NCBI GenBank assembly: GCA_965221165.1
Contig: CBDCRP010000002.1
Coordinates: 864,001-928,000 of the forward strand
Source of the DNA: a bacterium
GTDB taxonomy: Bacteria; UBA8248
DNA: 64,000 nt
Reading direction: 5' to 3'
In this document: positions 50,761-61,668 of the stretch, one piece after another
Layout: each line of letters opens with the position of its first letter
How positions within the stretch are numbered: the first letter of the stretch is position 1
Made by a program: the position numbers and the translations under genes
The notes under the pieces: model-generated
What the model was told of the DNA's origin: nothing
The model's input: the letters and a program-made list of their open reading frames with translations, nothing else
The model's database searches: none

Positions 50761-51333
50761 GTGAACTACATGAAACCTATCCGGGTCGACGAAGCCGAAG
50801 GTGAGACCGCGAAACTATTCGAAGGCGTGACGAAAATGCTCGGCCGCGTGGCGAATTCCTTCGCCGTCATCAAGACGAGCCACCTGAACGGGTGTGAATA
50901 CTGACTCGGGCACAATACGGCGCTCGGTCGAGACGCCGGGGTCACCGGAGAGCAGGTGCGCGAGATTTGCTCGGACGCCTATATGGACTCCCCTACGATG
51001 AGCCCAAGGGAGAAAACCGCCGTCCTGTGGGCGGAGCACGTGACGCGCAACACCGCCAAGACGCGCGACGACGTGTTCCAAGAGGTGCGGCGGCATTACG
51101 ATGATCGCGAATTCGTCGAACTCTCCATGGTCATCACCTACTTCAACATGAGAAACCGCTTTCAGGACGCCCTGCGCATTCCGCTGGATGAACCCAAGAC
51201 GATATCGGGCATCACGCTCGGGCGCAGGCAGGACCCGGAAAACCTCAAAACCTATTTCGAGGACATGGCGGCGGACTGGCCCGAGAGTTTCCCCGGGCCG
51301 GAGGAAGACGATAAAGGGGAGCGTAACGCATGA
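50761..51333 (+). CDS. AhpD/carboxymuconolactone-decarboxylase-family selenoprotein (CxxU, UGA at 50902-50904)
   Basis: GTG 50761 with GGAGG RBS; KTSHLNGCEY-U-LGHN continues in frame into the 50956 ORF; hairpin at 50918-50938. Confidence 0.85.
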
Positions 51334-51773
51334 ACGACAAGCCCGATTTCGTCTGGGAGAATTTACGGGTCGGCATGACCATCGGCGAGCGCAGCCTCAC
51401 GGTGACGCAAGAGATGGTGGACGCGCACTGCGACGCCGTGGGCGCAAAGCGGGAGTGGTATGAGGGCGCCTCTCCCGCAGGCGGCCCCATCGCGCCACCG
51501 ATGATATTCATCAACGACCTGCTCGCCATTTATGATGAGAACTACAAGCGCTTCGGCACCATCCACGCGAAGCTGGGCTACCGCTTCCACCGGCCCGTGC
51601 GCGTCGGCGAAACCGTGCATCAAAAAGTCACGGTCACGGACTTATACGTGAAACGCGAGAAAGGCTGGATAGTGAGCGAGCTTGCCGTTACGAACGAAGC
51701 GGGCGAATTGCTCTTGACCTCCTCTCATACTTCCGTTTTGAGCTTGACGAGAAAGCACCAGGATAATGACTGA
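51330..51773 (+). CDS. MaoC-family (hot-dog) dehydratase
   Basis: IAPP, IHAK...FHRPVRVGE. Confidence 0.8.
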   Translation: MNDKPDFVWENLRVGMTIGERSLTVTQEMVDAHCDAVGAKREWYEGASPAGGPIAPPMIFINDLLAIYDENYKRFGTIHAKLGYRFHRPVRVGETVHQKVTVTDLYVKREKGWIVSELAVTNEAGELLLTSSHTSVLSLTRKHQDND

Positions 51774-52203
51774 AGCGCGCACGGAACTCGAAAAAATGAA
51801 AATCGGCGACGCTCTGCCCGAGCGGACGTATGAAGTGGGCCGGGAGGATATCCTGAAATTCAACCGCTACGTCACCGGCGGCGTGGATACCAAGAACATC
51901 CACACGGACGATGAGGTGGCCCGAAAGGCGGGACTGCCCCGCGCGGTGGCGACGGGCCGCCACCCGGTGTCCTTCATCTCCGAACTCATGGCCGATCATC
52001 TGGGCATAGGCTTCATCACGGGAGGTGAACTGGATGTCTCTTTCGTGAAGCCCATCTTTCCGGGCGACGTGCTCCGCCTTTCGGCGACGCTGAAAGAGAA
52101 AAAACAAGAAAACGGGGGGGCGCGCTATATATTCGAAGTTTCATTCACGAACCAGGACGGCGTCGCCGTCACGCTCGGCACCGCCGGCGGTCGCCTTGCC
52201 TAG
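51766..52203 (+). CDS. MaoC-family dehydratase
   Basis: NIHTDDEVARKAG, FVKPIFPGD. Confidence 0.85.
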   Translation: MTEARTELEKMKIGDALPERTYEVGREDILKFNRYVTGGVDTKNIHTDDEVARKAGLPRAVATGRHPVSFISELMADHLGIGFITGGELDVSFVKPIFPGDVLRLSATLKEKKQENGGARYIFEVSFTNQDGVAVTLGTAGGRLA

Positions 52204-52218
52204 CAGCCTCCACACCCC

Positions 52219-54327
52219 ATGAACCCACGAAAATCCCTAAAAAGCCTCTTTCACCCGAAATCCTTCGCCGTGGTGGGCGCAACCTCGAACCTGAACCGCC
52301 TGGGCGGCATCCCCCTTAGGCTTACGATGAAATACGGCTTTCCCGGCCCCATCTACCCCATCAACCCGAGGCGTGAGGAGATAGCGGGGCTTACGTGCTA
52401 CCCCGACGTCTCCTCCCTGCCCGAAGCGCCCGAATTCGCCCTCATCTGCACGCCGAGAGAAGACGTCCTCCCCGCTCTCGTCCAGTGCGCGGAGCGAGGC
52501 GTGAAGGCCGCCGCCGTCATCACCTCGGGCTTCGCCGAAGCGGGAGCGGAGGGCGTGGCGCTCCAGGAGAAAATCCTGGAACTCCGCGACGCATCTGGCA
52601 TGCGCGTGCTCGGCCCCAACTGCATGGGGGTGGTGCACGTGCGCTCTAAGCTCATGGCCACGTTTACGATATCCATCCGCGATGAGGACCCGCTCATTCC
52701 GGGGGCGGTGGCCATCGTCACCCAAAGCGGGGCCATGGGGGCGTGCATGCTCACGGGCTTTCAGGAGAGCGGCGCAGGGATCAGCAGCCTCGTGAGCCTG
52801 GGCAACGAGGTGGACGTTGATTTCGCGGAATGCGTCGAATACTTCCTTGACGACCCGCACACGCGCGTCATCTGCGGCTATCTCGAATCGGTTCGCGACG
52901 GCAAGCGCCTTAAAAAAGCCGCCCGGCGCGCTCTGGAGATCGGGAAACCCATCGTCCTGCTCAAGGGCGGCAAAACAGAAGAGGGCGCGCGCGCCGCGCG
53001 CAGCCACACCGCAGCCATCACGACTTCAAGCGACGTTTTCGACGCCTTCGCCGCGCAATACGGGATTCAGGTGCCGGGCTCCATGGATGAGTTCATCGAA
53101 ATAGCGGATTTCCTCGCGCGCTCAAAACCGATTCAAGGAAACGGAGTGGGGATTTTAAGCTTCTCGGGGGGGCTCGGCGCGCTGGCCGCAGATTTGGCGT
53201 CCGAAGCGGGCCTCACGCTGCCCGTCCTCGACGAGAAGACGCAAGAGAAGCTCGGAACCATCCTCCCCGACTACGCGCCCAAGGACAATCCGGTGGACCT
53301 CGTATCCCTGATGGTCAGCCGGCCCGAGAGCCAGCCGCTCAGAACCGCAGGCGAGGCGGTGGCATCGGACGATAACGTAGACGCCCTGCTCTTCCTCATG
53401 GGCATTTATCACCACGTGGGCGCGCAAATTGCGCAGGAGGTGAAGGCGCTGTTCAAATCCTCGGACATACCCGTAGCCTTCACCTGGCTCACCGGGCCGC
53501 GAGAGCAAATACAGGCGTTAAAGAAACAATCCGTGCCCGTCTTCGGCGATTACTCGCGGGCGATTCGGGGACTGGAATCCCTCTTGTCACTCAAACACGC
53601 GAGAGAAGCGGCCTCGTCTCAGCACCTCTCGAAAAACCGCGCACGGAAAGAAGCGGCCCGGCGAAGCATCAAGCGGAGCCGCGCATCCGCCGATGGCTTT
53701 CTCCCGCCCGAGACTTGCGCCGAAATCCTGGACCTCTACGGAATCCCGAGGCCACGGGAAATTCTCGTCGATACGGCGGAAGAAGCACGCAAGATATGGG
53801 AGGAGTATCAAACCCCCGTCGCGCTTAAAACTGTGTCGGAAAGCCTCGCGCACAAGACGGAAGCAGGCGGCGTGCTCCTTCATCTCGATACGCCGGAGCA
53901 GGTTCTGGCCGGGGCCGAAAGGCTCCTCTCCCTTGGCGGTGACGCCCGCCTTCTCGTTCAGGAGATGATCGGAGGCGGCATAGAACTTCTGGTCGGCATA
54001 TCGCGTGATGCGACGTTCGGCCCGTGCATCACGGCGGGATTGGGCGGGGTGTACGTGGAAGCCTTGGACGACGTGGCCCGCCTGCTGCCGCCCTTCGGCG
54101 CCGACCAGGCCCAAAGAGCGCTCTTACGCCTTCGCTCGCGCGTTATCTTCGATGGATTCCGGGGCGGGCCTGCCGTTCAAATTCCGCGCATATCCGATAT
54201 AATGATCAAAATCTCGAGACTGGCGCTTGAATTGAGACACGATATCGCCGAGATGGATTTGAACCCGCTCATCGCCACGGCGAGCGGCTGCCATGCCGTG
54301 GACGTTCGGATAAAAAAGAACTCCTGA
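52219..54327 (+). CDS. Acyl-CoA synthetase (NDP-forming)/acetate-CoA ligase family
   Basis: GPNCMG, QSGA, SHT, NPVDL, HKTEAGGV, DLNP. Confidence 0.9.
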   Translation: MNPRKSLKSLFHPKSFAVVGATSNLNRLGGIPLRLTMKYGFPGPIYPINPRREEIAGLTCYPDVSSLPEAPEFALICTPREDVLPALVQCAERGVKAAAVITSGFAEAGAEGVALQEKILELRDASGMRVLGPNCMGVVHVRSKLMATFTISIRDEDPLIPGAVAIVTQSGAMGACMLTGFQESGAGISSLVSLGNEVDVDFAECVEYFLDDPHTRVICGYLESVRDGKRLKKAARRALEIGKPIVLLKGGKTEEGARAARSHTAAITTSSDVFDAFAAQYGIQVPGSMDEFIEIADFLARSKPIQGNGVGILSFSGGLGALAADLASEAGLTLPVLDEKTQEKLGTILPDYAPKDNPVDLVSLMVSRPESQPLRTAGEAVASDDNVDALLFLMGIYHHVGAQIAQEVKALFKSSDIPVAFTWLTGPREQIQALKKQSVPVFGDYSRAIRGLESLLSLKHAREAASSQHLSKNRARKEAARRSIKRSRASADGFLPPETCAEILDLYGIPRPREILVDTAEEARKIWEEYQTPVALKTVSESLAHKTEAGGVLLHLDTPEQVLAGAERLLSLGGDARLLVQEMIGGGIELLVGISRDATFGPCITAGLGGVYVEALDDVARLLPPFGADQAQRALLRLRSRVIFDGFRGGPAVQIPRISDIMIKISRLALELRHDIAEMDLNPLIATASGCHAVDVRIKKNS

Positions 54328-54340
54328 CGAGAGGACGCGC

Positions 54341-54775
54341 ATGAGCCAAAGAATCACGCCCGAAATACGCTCCCTGGTGGGGCAAAGACACGGCCCCTAC
54401 CGCGTCCGGGTCGAGCAGGGGGCGATTGAGAAATTCGCCGACGCGGTCGGCGACCCGAACCCGGCCTACCGGGGGCGGGAGGCGATCGCGCCGCCCACGT
54501 TTCCCACCACCTTCAGAGCAAAAGACGCCTATCCCGACTTGCCGCCTAATTTCGGCGACGTGGGCCTTCACGCCTCACAAGTCTATGAGGTGGAGCGGCC
54601 CATCCGCGCGGGCGATGAACTCGACGTTTCCTTCACCATCGTGAACATCAAGGAAAAATCGGGCCGCTCGGGCGACCTCGTGTTCGTCGAGCGCGAATAC
54701 GAGTTCCTGGACGCGCGCGACGGCTCCCGCGTGGGCGGGGGCAAGTGGATATCGCTCAGGCGATTCAAGAACTGA
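54341..54775 (+). CDS. MaoC N-terminal/FAS1-like dehydratase subunit
   Basis: FADAVGDPNP, APPTF, LHASQ. Confidence 0.85.
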   Translation: MSQRITPEIRSLVGQRHGPYRVRVEQGAIEKFADAVGDPNPAYRGREAIAPPTFPTTFRAKDAYPDLPPNFGDVGLHASQVYEVERPIRAGDELDVSFTIVNIKEKSGRSGDLVFVEREYEFLDARDGSRVGGGKWISLRRFKN

Positions 54776-54785
54776 AGGAGAGGCG

Positions 54786-55187
54786 ATGAACTACGAAAAG
54801 GGCGACGCGCTCCCCGAACTCGTGAAAGACCCCGTCTCGCGGACGCAACTCGTGAAATACGCGGGCGCCAGCGGGGATTTCAACCCGATCCACTATGACG
54901 ACGAGGCGGCGCGCGCGGGCGGTCTCGAGGGCGTCATCGCCCACGGGATGCTCTCGATGGGGTTTCTGGGGCATTTCGTCGAAAACGCCTTCGGCGCAGG
55001 AAGCTACAAGAGGCTCGAAGTCCGCTTTCAGGGCATGGTGAAATTGGGCGAGGTCATCACCTGCCGGGGCGTCGTCACCGAGGTCACGCAAGAGAAAAAC
55101 CGGCTTCTGGCCGTCTGTGAGATCGAGGCGGTAGACTCCGGCGGCCGCGTCGTCACGAAAGGCACGGCCCAGGCCTGGCTGGACTGA
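54786..55187 (+). CDS. MaoC-family dehydratase subunit
   Basis: YAGASGDFNPIH, IAHGML. Confidence 0.9.
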   Translation: MNYEKGDALPELVKDPVSRTQLVKYAGASGDFNPIHYDDEAARAGGLEGVIAHGMLSMGFLGHFVENAFGAGSYKRLEVRFQGMVKLGEVITCRGVVTEVTQEKNRLLAVCEIEAVDSGGRVVTKGTAQAWLD

Positions 55188-55215
55188 ATCCATAGAATAG
55201 AAAGAGAGGAATTCC

Positions 55216-55959
55216 ATGAGACTGGAAAACAAGAACGCCATCGTCACGGGAGCAGCGCAGGGCATCGGTCGTTCGGTCTGTATGCGCTTCGCCGAAGAGG
55301 GCGCAAAGGTGCTCGTCGTCGACATGAACGAGGAAGGCGGCGAGGAGACGGCGCGGCTCATCCGGGAGGCCGGGGGCGAGGCCATATTCCATAAGGCCGA
55401 CGTGAGCAGTCTGGAAGAAGTGGAGGGCGCGCTCGACGTTTCAGAATCCGCGCACGGCCCCATAAACGTCATGGTGAACAATGCAGGCATCGTCCGCGCG
55501 GCCATGCTGCACAAGATGACCGAAGAGCAATGGGACTCCGTGATCGCCGTGCACCTAAAGGGCACGTGGGCGGGAATCCACGCGGCGGCCAAGCGCATGA
55601 TCCCCCGAAAGGAAGGCCGCATCATCAACGTCACTTCGGGCGCGGGGCTTCGCGGCACCATCGGCCAGATCAACTACTCCTCCGCCAAGATGGGCATCGT
55701 CGGCGCGACGCAAAGCGCCGCGCGCGAACTGGGACGCCACAACATCACCGTGAACTGCGTCTCGCCCGCGGCCATCACCCCGATGACGGAGACGATTCGC
55801 ACCGATGAGCGCTTTGAATCCAAATACCTGGAGCGCATCTGCCTCGGCCGGTGGGGAGAACCCGAGGAGATGGCGGCGGGGTTCGTCTTTTTGGCATCGG
55901 ACGAGGCGAGCTACGTGACCGGCATCGTGCTCAGAATCGACGGCGGGTTGGGGATGTAG
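55216..55959 (+). CDS. SDR-family oxidoreductase (FabG-like)
   Basis: TGAAQGIG, NNAG, YSSAK. Confidence 0.9.
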   Translation: MRLENKNAIVTGAAQGIGRSVCMRFAEEGAKVLVVDMNEEGGEETARLIREAGGEAIFHKADVSSLEEVEGALDVSESAHGPINVMVNNAGIVRAAMLHKMTEEQWDSVIAVHLKGTWAGIHAAAKRMIPRKEGRIINVTSGAGLRGTIGQINYSSAKMGIVGATQSAARELGRHNITVNCVSPAAITPMTETIRTDERFESKYLERICLGRWGEPEEMAAGFVFLASDEASYVTGIVLRIDGGLGM

Positions 55960-55977
55960 GCGGGGGGAAGCACTCCC

Positions 55978-56003
55978 GTAGGGGCGGACCGGTGTGTCCG
56001 CCC
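55978..56003 (+). repeat. GTAG-type REP palindrome
   Basis: GTAG-GGGCGGAC-CGGTGT-GTCCGCCC. Confidence 0.8.
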
Positions 56004-56015
56004 GGAGCAGAAAAC

Positions 56016-56651
56016 ATGAACGTGAAACAAAATAGGCGAAAATCGAATCGGTTGGAAGGATACGATTATTCGCAGGCCGGATGTTATTTCGTGACGGTTT
56101 GCGCGCAGGACAGGCAATGTCTGTTCGGTGAAGTCGTAGAGGACGGAGTAGTTTTGAACGAGATGGGGAGGATGGCCGCCCGTTGGTGGAGCGAAACAAC
56201 GAATAAATTTTCGCATGTCGAATTGGATGAATACGTCGTGATGCCGAATCACATCCACGGCATCATTGTAATCGTAGGGTCAGACATATATGTCTGCCAC
56301 CTATGTGTCCGCCCGCAAGGCGAAGATCGCAAATCAAACGAACATCAACCAGCAGAACACCAGCGACAAGAAAAAGATCGACAGAGCGAACACCAAAGCC
56401 AGGGCGGACACGCAGGTCCGCCCCTACGGGAAATCATTCAATGGTTCAAGACGATGACCACGAATGAATACATCAACGAGGTGAAATACGGACGTTTCCC
56501 GCCGTTCGAGAAACGCATATGGCAACGATCATTCTACGATCACGTCATTCGTTGCGATGACGATCTCAATCGGGTTCGAGAATACATCCAGAACAATCCG
56601 TTAAAATGGGCGCTTGATGAGGAAAACCCCGCCAATCAGGTGGAATTGTAG
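56016..56651 (+). mobile_element. REP-associated tyrosine transposase (RAYT/Y1 HUH), copy 1
   Basis: YDYSQAGCYFVT, MPNHIHG (HUH), WQRSFYDHVIR, YIQNNP. Confidence 0.9.
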
Positions 56652-56801
56652 GGGCGGACCTGCGTGTCCGCCCGCAAGGCGAAGATCGCAAATCAAACGA
56701 ACATCAACCGGCAGAACACCAGCGACAAGAAAAAGATCGACAGAGCGAACACCAAAGCCAGGGCGGACACGCAGGTGGCGGGCATATATGCCCGCCCCTA
56801 C
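56648..56801. repeat. REPIN (inverted REP pair) duplicating the RAYT-internal segment 56274-56427
   Basis: GTAG...CTAC ends; spacer of about 95 bp nearly identical to the segment inside the RAYT ORF. Confidence 0.8.
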
Positions 56802-56912
56802 GAGACAACCATCGCCCCCAAATTACTCACCCCCATCTGGCGTCGCCACCACGGGACTGCTAGAATCGCCTCCGATGCGCTCCTAAGACCAGTAAAACGG
56901 AGGAAACCGCCC

Positions 56913-57941
56913 ATGAAGGCCATGATTCTCAAACAATTCGGCCGGCCCCTCGCCTACGAGGAAGCGCCCGAACCCAAAATCGGCCCCCGCCAGGTTCTGG
57001 TGGAATCGAAGGCGAACGGCCTGTGCGCGACGGACTTGAAAATCGTGGACGGTAACGTCAAATCATCGCCCACGCCCCTGATGCTCGGCCATGAGAATTC
57101 CGGCGTCGTGCTGGAAGTGGGCGCCGAGGTGGATTCCGTCTCACCGGGCGACCGCGTGGTCGTCGTAAGCAAGCAGACCTGCGGGCGCTGCCGCATGTGC
57201 CGCCTGGGTCATGAAGAGATGTGCCAGAACTCGCCGGGGCGCTTGGGAATAGAGATAGACGGCGGCTTCGGCCAGCTCGTCGCGGTATCAGAAAGAAACC
57301 TCGTCAAAATCGCCGATAACGTATCGCTCGCGGCCGCCTCCCTCATCGGCGGGACGCTCGGCTCCCCGCTCCACGCCATCCGCATGGCGCGGCCCGAACT
57401 CGGCGAGTGCGCCGTCATCTTCGGCGTCGGGGGCCTGGGACTGCACGCTTTGCAGATCCTCCGCCACCTGGGGACGAACGTCATCGCCGTGGACGTGAAG
57501 GACGAGAAGCTGGCGAAGGCGCGCGAACTCGGCGCGTTCGAGACGGTGAACGCGGTGCAGACCGACCCGGTAAAGGCGGTGATGGACATCACGAACGGCT
57601 TCGGGGCGGACATCGCGCTCGAGATCGTGGGCGGGGCCGCCGTGCCGCCCGTGCTCCAGCAGTGCATCGACCTGCTCCGGCCCGGCGGACGCCTCGTCGT
57701 CCTGGGCTACGTCTTCGGCCAGAAAATGGAAATCGAACCTGCGCAACTCATCACCAAATGGATCCAGATCATCGCGTCGCACAACCACACGGTGCGCGAC
57801 GTGGCCGACGCCGCGAGCCTGGTGAACGATGGCCGCGTGCGCGCCGTCATCACCGAGGAGGCGCCGATGCCCGACGCCAACGACGCGCTGGCCGCCCTGC
57901 GCGCGGGCGACCCGGTGGGCCGCATCGTGCTCACCTGGTGA
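56913..57941 (+). CDS. Zinc-dependent alcohol dehydrogenase (MDR)
   Basis: GLCATD, GHE, CGRCRMC...C, GVGGLG. Confidence 0.9.
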   Translation: MKAMILKQFGRPLAYEEAPEPKIGPRQVLVESKANGLCATDLKIVDGNVKSSPTPLMLGHENSGVVLEVGAEVDSVSPGDRVVVVSKQTCGRCRMCRLGHEEMCQNSPGRLGIEIDGGFGQLVAVSERNLVKIADNVSLAAASLIGGTLGSPLHAIRMARPELGECAVIFGVGGLGLHALQILRHLGTNVIAVDVKDEKLAKARELGAFETVNAVQTDPVKAVMDITNGFGADIALEIVGGAAVPPVLQQCIDLLRPGGRLVVLGYVFGQKMEIEPAQLITKWIQIIASHNHTVRDVADAASLVNDGRVRAVITEEAPMPDANDALAALRAGDPVGRIVLTW

Positions 57942-58045
57942 CTTAGAGGCCGCGCTACAAGAGCCGCCGTCACGAGACGCCGACCGGCCTGCCCGATGAG
58001 ACCATAAAACCGACAAACCTGTACAACGCATCCGCAGGAGGCGAC

Positions 58046-59437
58046 ATGGCGTATCGAATCGAAACGGACAGCATGGGCGAGATCGAGGTGCCCGAAGATA
58101 AATACTACGGCGCGCAGACGGCGCGCTCGCTCGTTCACTTCAAAATCGGCGGCGACCGCTTCCCGCGCGAGATCATCCGCGCGCTGGGGATATTGAAGAA
58201 AGCCGCCGCCATGACGAACGAGGAACTGGGCATCCTGGGCGCTGAAAAGGCCGCGCTCATCATCCGGGCGGCGGATGAGGTGATCGCGGGCGATCTGGAC
58301 GAACATTTCCCCCTGGTCGTCTGGCAGACCGGCAGCGGAACGCAGACGAACATGAACGCGAACGAGGTCATCGCCAACCGCGCCATCGAAATCGCGGGCG
58401 GGCGGATGGGCTCCAAAGACCCTATCCACCCGAACGACGACGTGAACAAGGCCCAGTCCTCGAACGACACCTTCCCCACGGCGATGCACATCGCGGCGGG
58501 CGAGCAGATGACGAAGAAACTCATCCCCGCCGTGGAGACGTTAAGAGATACGCTCGCGGCGAAGGCGGAGGCTTTCGAGACGATCATCAAGATCGGCCGC
58601 ACGCACCTGATGGACGCCGTTCCCTTAACATTGGGACAGGAGTTCTCGGGCTACGCCCAACAATTAGAAAACGGCATCGCGCGCGTCAAGATGTCGCTGG
58701 ACGGCATTTATGAGCTGGCGCTTGGCGGTACGGCGGTGGGCACGGGTCTCAACACGCATCCCGACTTCGCGGATAAAGCGGCCGCCAGAATCGCCGATAT
58801 GACGGGGCTTCCCTTCCGCAGCGCACCGAATAAATTCGAGGCCTTGGCCGCGCACGATGCGGTCGTATTCGCGAGCGGGGCGGTGAAGACCCTGGCGGCG
58901 TCTTTGATGAAGATAGCCAACGATATCCGTATGCTGGCCTCGGGCCCCCGGTGCGGCGTGGGCGAGTTGCTCATCCCCGAGAACGAGCCCGGAAGCTCCA
59001 TCATGCCCGGCAAGGTGAACCCCACCCAGAGCGAGGCGATGACGATGGTGTGCGCCCAGGTGATGGGCAACGACGTGGCGGTGAACGTAGGAGGTGCTAC
59101 GGGTCATTTCGAGTTGAACGTCTTCAAGCCCGTGATGATCTTCAACCTCCTGAACTCGGTGCGCCTGCTGGCCGATGCGTGCGATTCGTTCAACACCCAT
59201 TGCGCGGTGGGGGTCGAACCCAACCGGCCCGCGATAGACGCCTACTTACAGAACTCGCTCATGCTGGTGACGGCGCTCAATCCCGTCATCGGGTATGACA
59301 ACGCGGCCAGGGTGGCGAAAAAGGCCTTCTCGGATGGCGGCACCCTGCGCGATGCGGCCATTGCGCTGGACCTCCTCACCGGAGAGGAATTCGACGCGGC
59401 GGTGAAGCCCGAGAACATGATTGGGCCCACGGGGTGA
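58046..59437 (+). CDS. fumC: Class II fumarate hydratase
   Basis: [25 protein letters not shown]. Confidence 0.97.
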   Translation: MAYRIETDSMGEIEVPEDKYYGAQTARSLVHFKIGGDRFPREIIRALGILKKAAAMTNEELGILGAEKAALIIRAADEVIAGDLDEHFPLVVWQTGSGTQTNMNANEVIANRAIEIAGGRMGSKDPIHPNDDVNKAQSSNDTFPTAMHIAAGEQMTKKLIPAVETLRDTLAAKAEAFETIIKIGRTHLMDAVPLTLGQEFSGYAQQLENGIARVKMSLDGIYELALGGTAVGTGLNTHPDFADKAAARIADMTGLPFRSAPNKFEALAAHDAVVFASGAVKTLAASLMKIANDIRMLASGPRCGVGELLIPENEPGSSIMPGKVNPTQSEAMTMVCAQVMGNDVAVNVGGATGHFELNVFKPVMIFNLLNSVRLLADACDSFNTHCAVGVEPNRPAIDAYLQNSLMLVTALNPVIGYDNAARVAKKAFSDGGTLRDAAIALDLLTGEEFDAAVKPENMIGPTG

Positions 59438-59463
59438 GGGGGCACATCCCAATTATTTAATCC

Positions 59464-59555
59464 GTAGCAGACAACCCGAAAGGGTTGTCTGACCCCTCGT
59501 GGTTGTTTCTTGTAAGGTGGATACGATCAGGACAGGCACGGGGGCCTGTCCCTAC
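59464..59555. repeat. REP pair flanking RAYT copy 2 (similar clusters near 60216-60330 and 63591-63722)
   Basis: GTAG-CAGACAACCC-GAAA-GGGTTGTCTG ... GGACAGGC-ACGGGG-GCCTGTCC-CTAC. Confidence 0.7.
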
Positions 59556-60174
59556 GGTTTTTCCGATTATCCGGGTTGTATTCATCAAGCGCCCATTTCA
59601 ACGGATTGTTCCGGATGTATTCACGGACGCGGCCCAGGTCGTCATCGTCGCGAATGACGTGATCGTAGAATGATCGTTGCCATATGCGTTTCTCGAAAGG
59701 CGGAAAACGCCCGGATTTCACCTCGTTGATATATTCATTCGTGGTCATCATTTTGACCCATTGAATGATTTCCTGTAGGGGCGGACCTGTGTGTCCGCCC
59801 TCGCTTTGGTCTTCGCCCTGTTGAATTTCTTTTTGCCGTTGGCGTTTTGCCTGTCGATGTTCGTTCGATTTGCGATCTTCGCGTTCCGGGCGGACACATA
59901 GGTGGCAGACATATATGTCTGACCCTACGATTACAACGATGCCGTGAAGGTGATTCGGCATAAGGACATATTCATCCAATTCGACATGCGGAAATTTGTT
60001 CTCTGTTTCGTCCCACCAACGGGCCACCATCTTCCCCGCCTCGTTCAAAACCATCTCACCTTCTATGATTTCACCGAAAAGACATTTCCTGTCCTGTACG
60101 CAAACCGTCACGAAATAACATCCCGCCTGTGAATAATCGTATTCCCGCAACCTGTTCGCCTTCCTGTCTTTCAT
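59527..60174 (-). mobile_element. REP-associated tyrosine transposase, copy 2
   Basis: Same motifs as copy 1; internal REP pair at 59775-59928. Confidence 0.9.
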
Positions 60175-60360
60175 CTCCAAAAACTCCCGATTTTCACCTC
60201 TCGCCGATTGCCTTTGTAGTCGGACAACCCTTTTGGATTGTCCGACCCCCTGTGGTTGTCCCTTGTCAGGATGGATATGACCTGGACAGGCACAGGGGTC
60301 TGTGGGGCAGTCCCGATGAGAGACTGCCACTACACAAAGGCGGCCGGCCCCGAAGCAATC

Positions 60361-60470
60361 CAAACCCTCCCTCCTCGGTCGGCAAACCCTCCTTCTTCAG
60401 TCGGCAGCCCCTCCCCCTTCGGTCAGCAGCCCCTCCTTCTTCAGTCGGCAAACCCTCCCTCCTCGGTCGG
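60361..60470. repeat. 22-bp tandem repeat x5
   Basis: CAAACCCTCCCTCCTCGGTCGG and variants, contiguous, no spacers. Confidence 0.85.
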
Positions 60471-60478
60471 GTTTGACC

Positions 60479-61525
60479 CTACACCCGCTCCGCGTAGCCC
60501 GTGAACGCCGCCGGAATCGTCTGGATGTCCTCTATCAAATCGGGCGGCAGGTCCTTATCCGCCGTGGGCAGCATCCCTGCATAGAGGGTATCGACGCCGC
60601 CGCCGAAGTGCGCCTCTATCGCCTTTTTCACCTCCCCGTGTACGCCCACCGCGGCGAAAAGACGCACGAGGTCGTCGGGAATCTCATCCGCGAGCGCGTC
60701 CCATTTACCCTCGCGCGTCATCTGTCTGAGCTTACGGCCCAGATCGCCGTAGCCGTGCATCTCGAGCACCGGCCAGTAATCGGGCGTGGAGCCGTAAAAG
60801 CCCAGGCGCACCTTGACCTCATTCATCCCGCGGCGCAGGGCTTCCTCATCCGCTCCGGTGACGATGTAGCCCCCGCCCGTTATCTCGAAGTTCTCGCGCG
60901 AAATCTCGTTCTCCCCAAACCCTTCCTCCAGCTTCGGCAGGCAGAACTCCTCGAAATACCTGCTCGTGCAGAAAGGATGCAGCCTTACGCCGTCACAAGA
61001 GCGTCCCGCAACCTTGAGCATCCCAGGCCCCACCGCCGCGATGGTGACGGGCGCCATGGGCTGTCCTCCCGAGGGAGGCGTGAAGGCGGGCGTCATGAGG
61101 CTGAACTGGTAGTGTTCGCCCTGGTAATCGAGTTTTTCCCCGTTTCTCCAAGATCGCCATATCGCGCGCAGTGATTCCACGTATTCCCGCATGCGGGCTG
61201 CGGGCGCGCTCCAGGGCACGCTGAACCGCCGCACGTTGTGCGGCCTTATCTGCGGGCCCAAGCCCAACACGAACCTCCCGTCCGAGGCGACTTGTAAATC
61301 CCAGCCTGCGTTCGCGCACACCATGGGACTCCTCGGAAAGGCGATGGCCACGGCGGTCAAAAGCTCCACGCGTTTCGTCGCCACCGCCGCGACCGCCAAG
61401 GGCAGAAACGGGTGGTGCGCGTTTTCCATGGTCATCACGCCGTCAAAGCCCGCAGCTTCGAGGGCCAGGGCCGCCGGACCCGCTTTTTTCAAATCATCCA
61501 TAGGAAGGGTGGTAACAATCCGCAT
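60479..61525 (-). CDS. LLM-class (putatively F420-dependent) oxidoreductase
   Basis: AIAFPRSP, FVLGLG.QI, RLHPF, FYGSTPDY. Confidence 0.85.
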   Translation of the reverse strand: MRIVTTLPMDDLKKAGPAALALEAAGFDGVMTMENAHHPFLPLAVAAVATKRVELLTAVAIAFPRSPMVCANAGWDLQVASDGRFVLGLGPQIRPHNVRRFSVPWSAPAARMREYVESLRAIWRSWRNGEKLDYQGEHYQFSLMTPAFTPPSGGQPMAPVTIAAVGPGMLKVAGRSCDGVRLHPFCTSRYFEEFCLPKLEEGFGENEISRENFEITGGGYIVTGADEEALRRGMNEVKVRLGFYGSTPDYWPVLEMHGYGDLGRKLRQMTREGKWDALADEIPDDLVRLFAAVGVHGEVKKAIEAHFGGGVDTLYAGMLPTADKDLPPDLIEDIQTIPAAFTGYAERV

Positions 61526-61668
61526 GTCGTAGCTCCTGAAAGTGGAAAAAGAAGACGCCGCCCGGGAGGCTGCGCGGCGCATGATACATGATCCCAAGCC
61601 GCGGCACATCGTGATATGATGGGCGCATCGAACACACGCTCAAGCGCGCATCCAGCCGAGGAGCCTCC

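Noticed and set aside
60361-60470. CRISPR array
   Set aside because: Repeats are contiguous, with no unique spacers and no cas genes.
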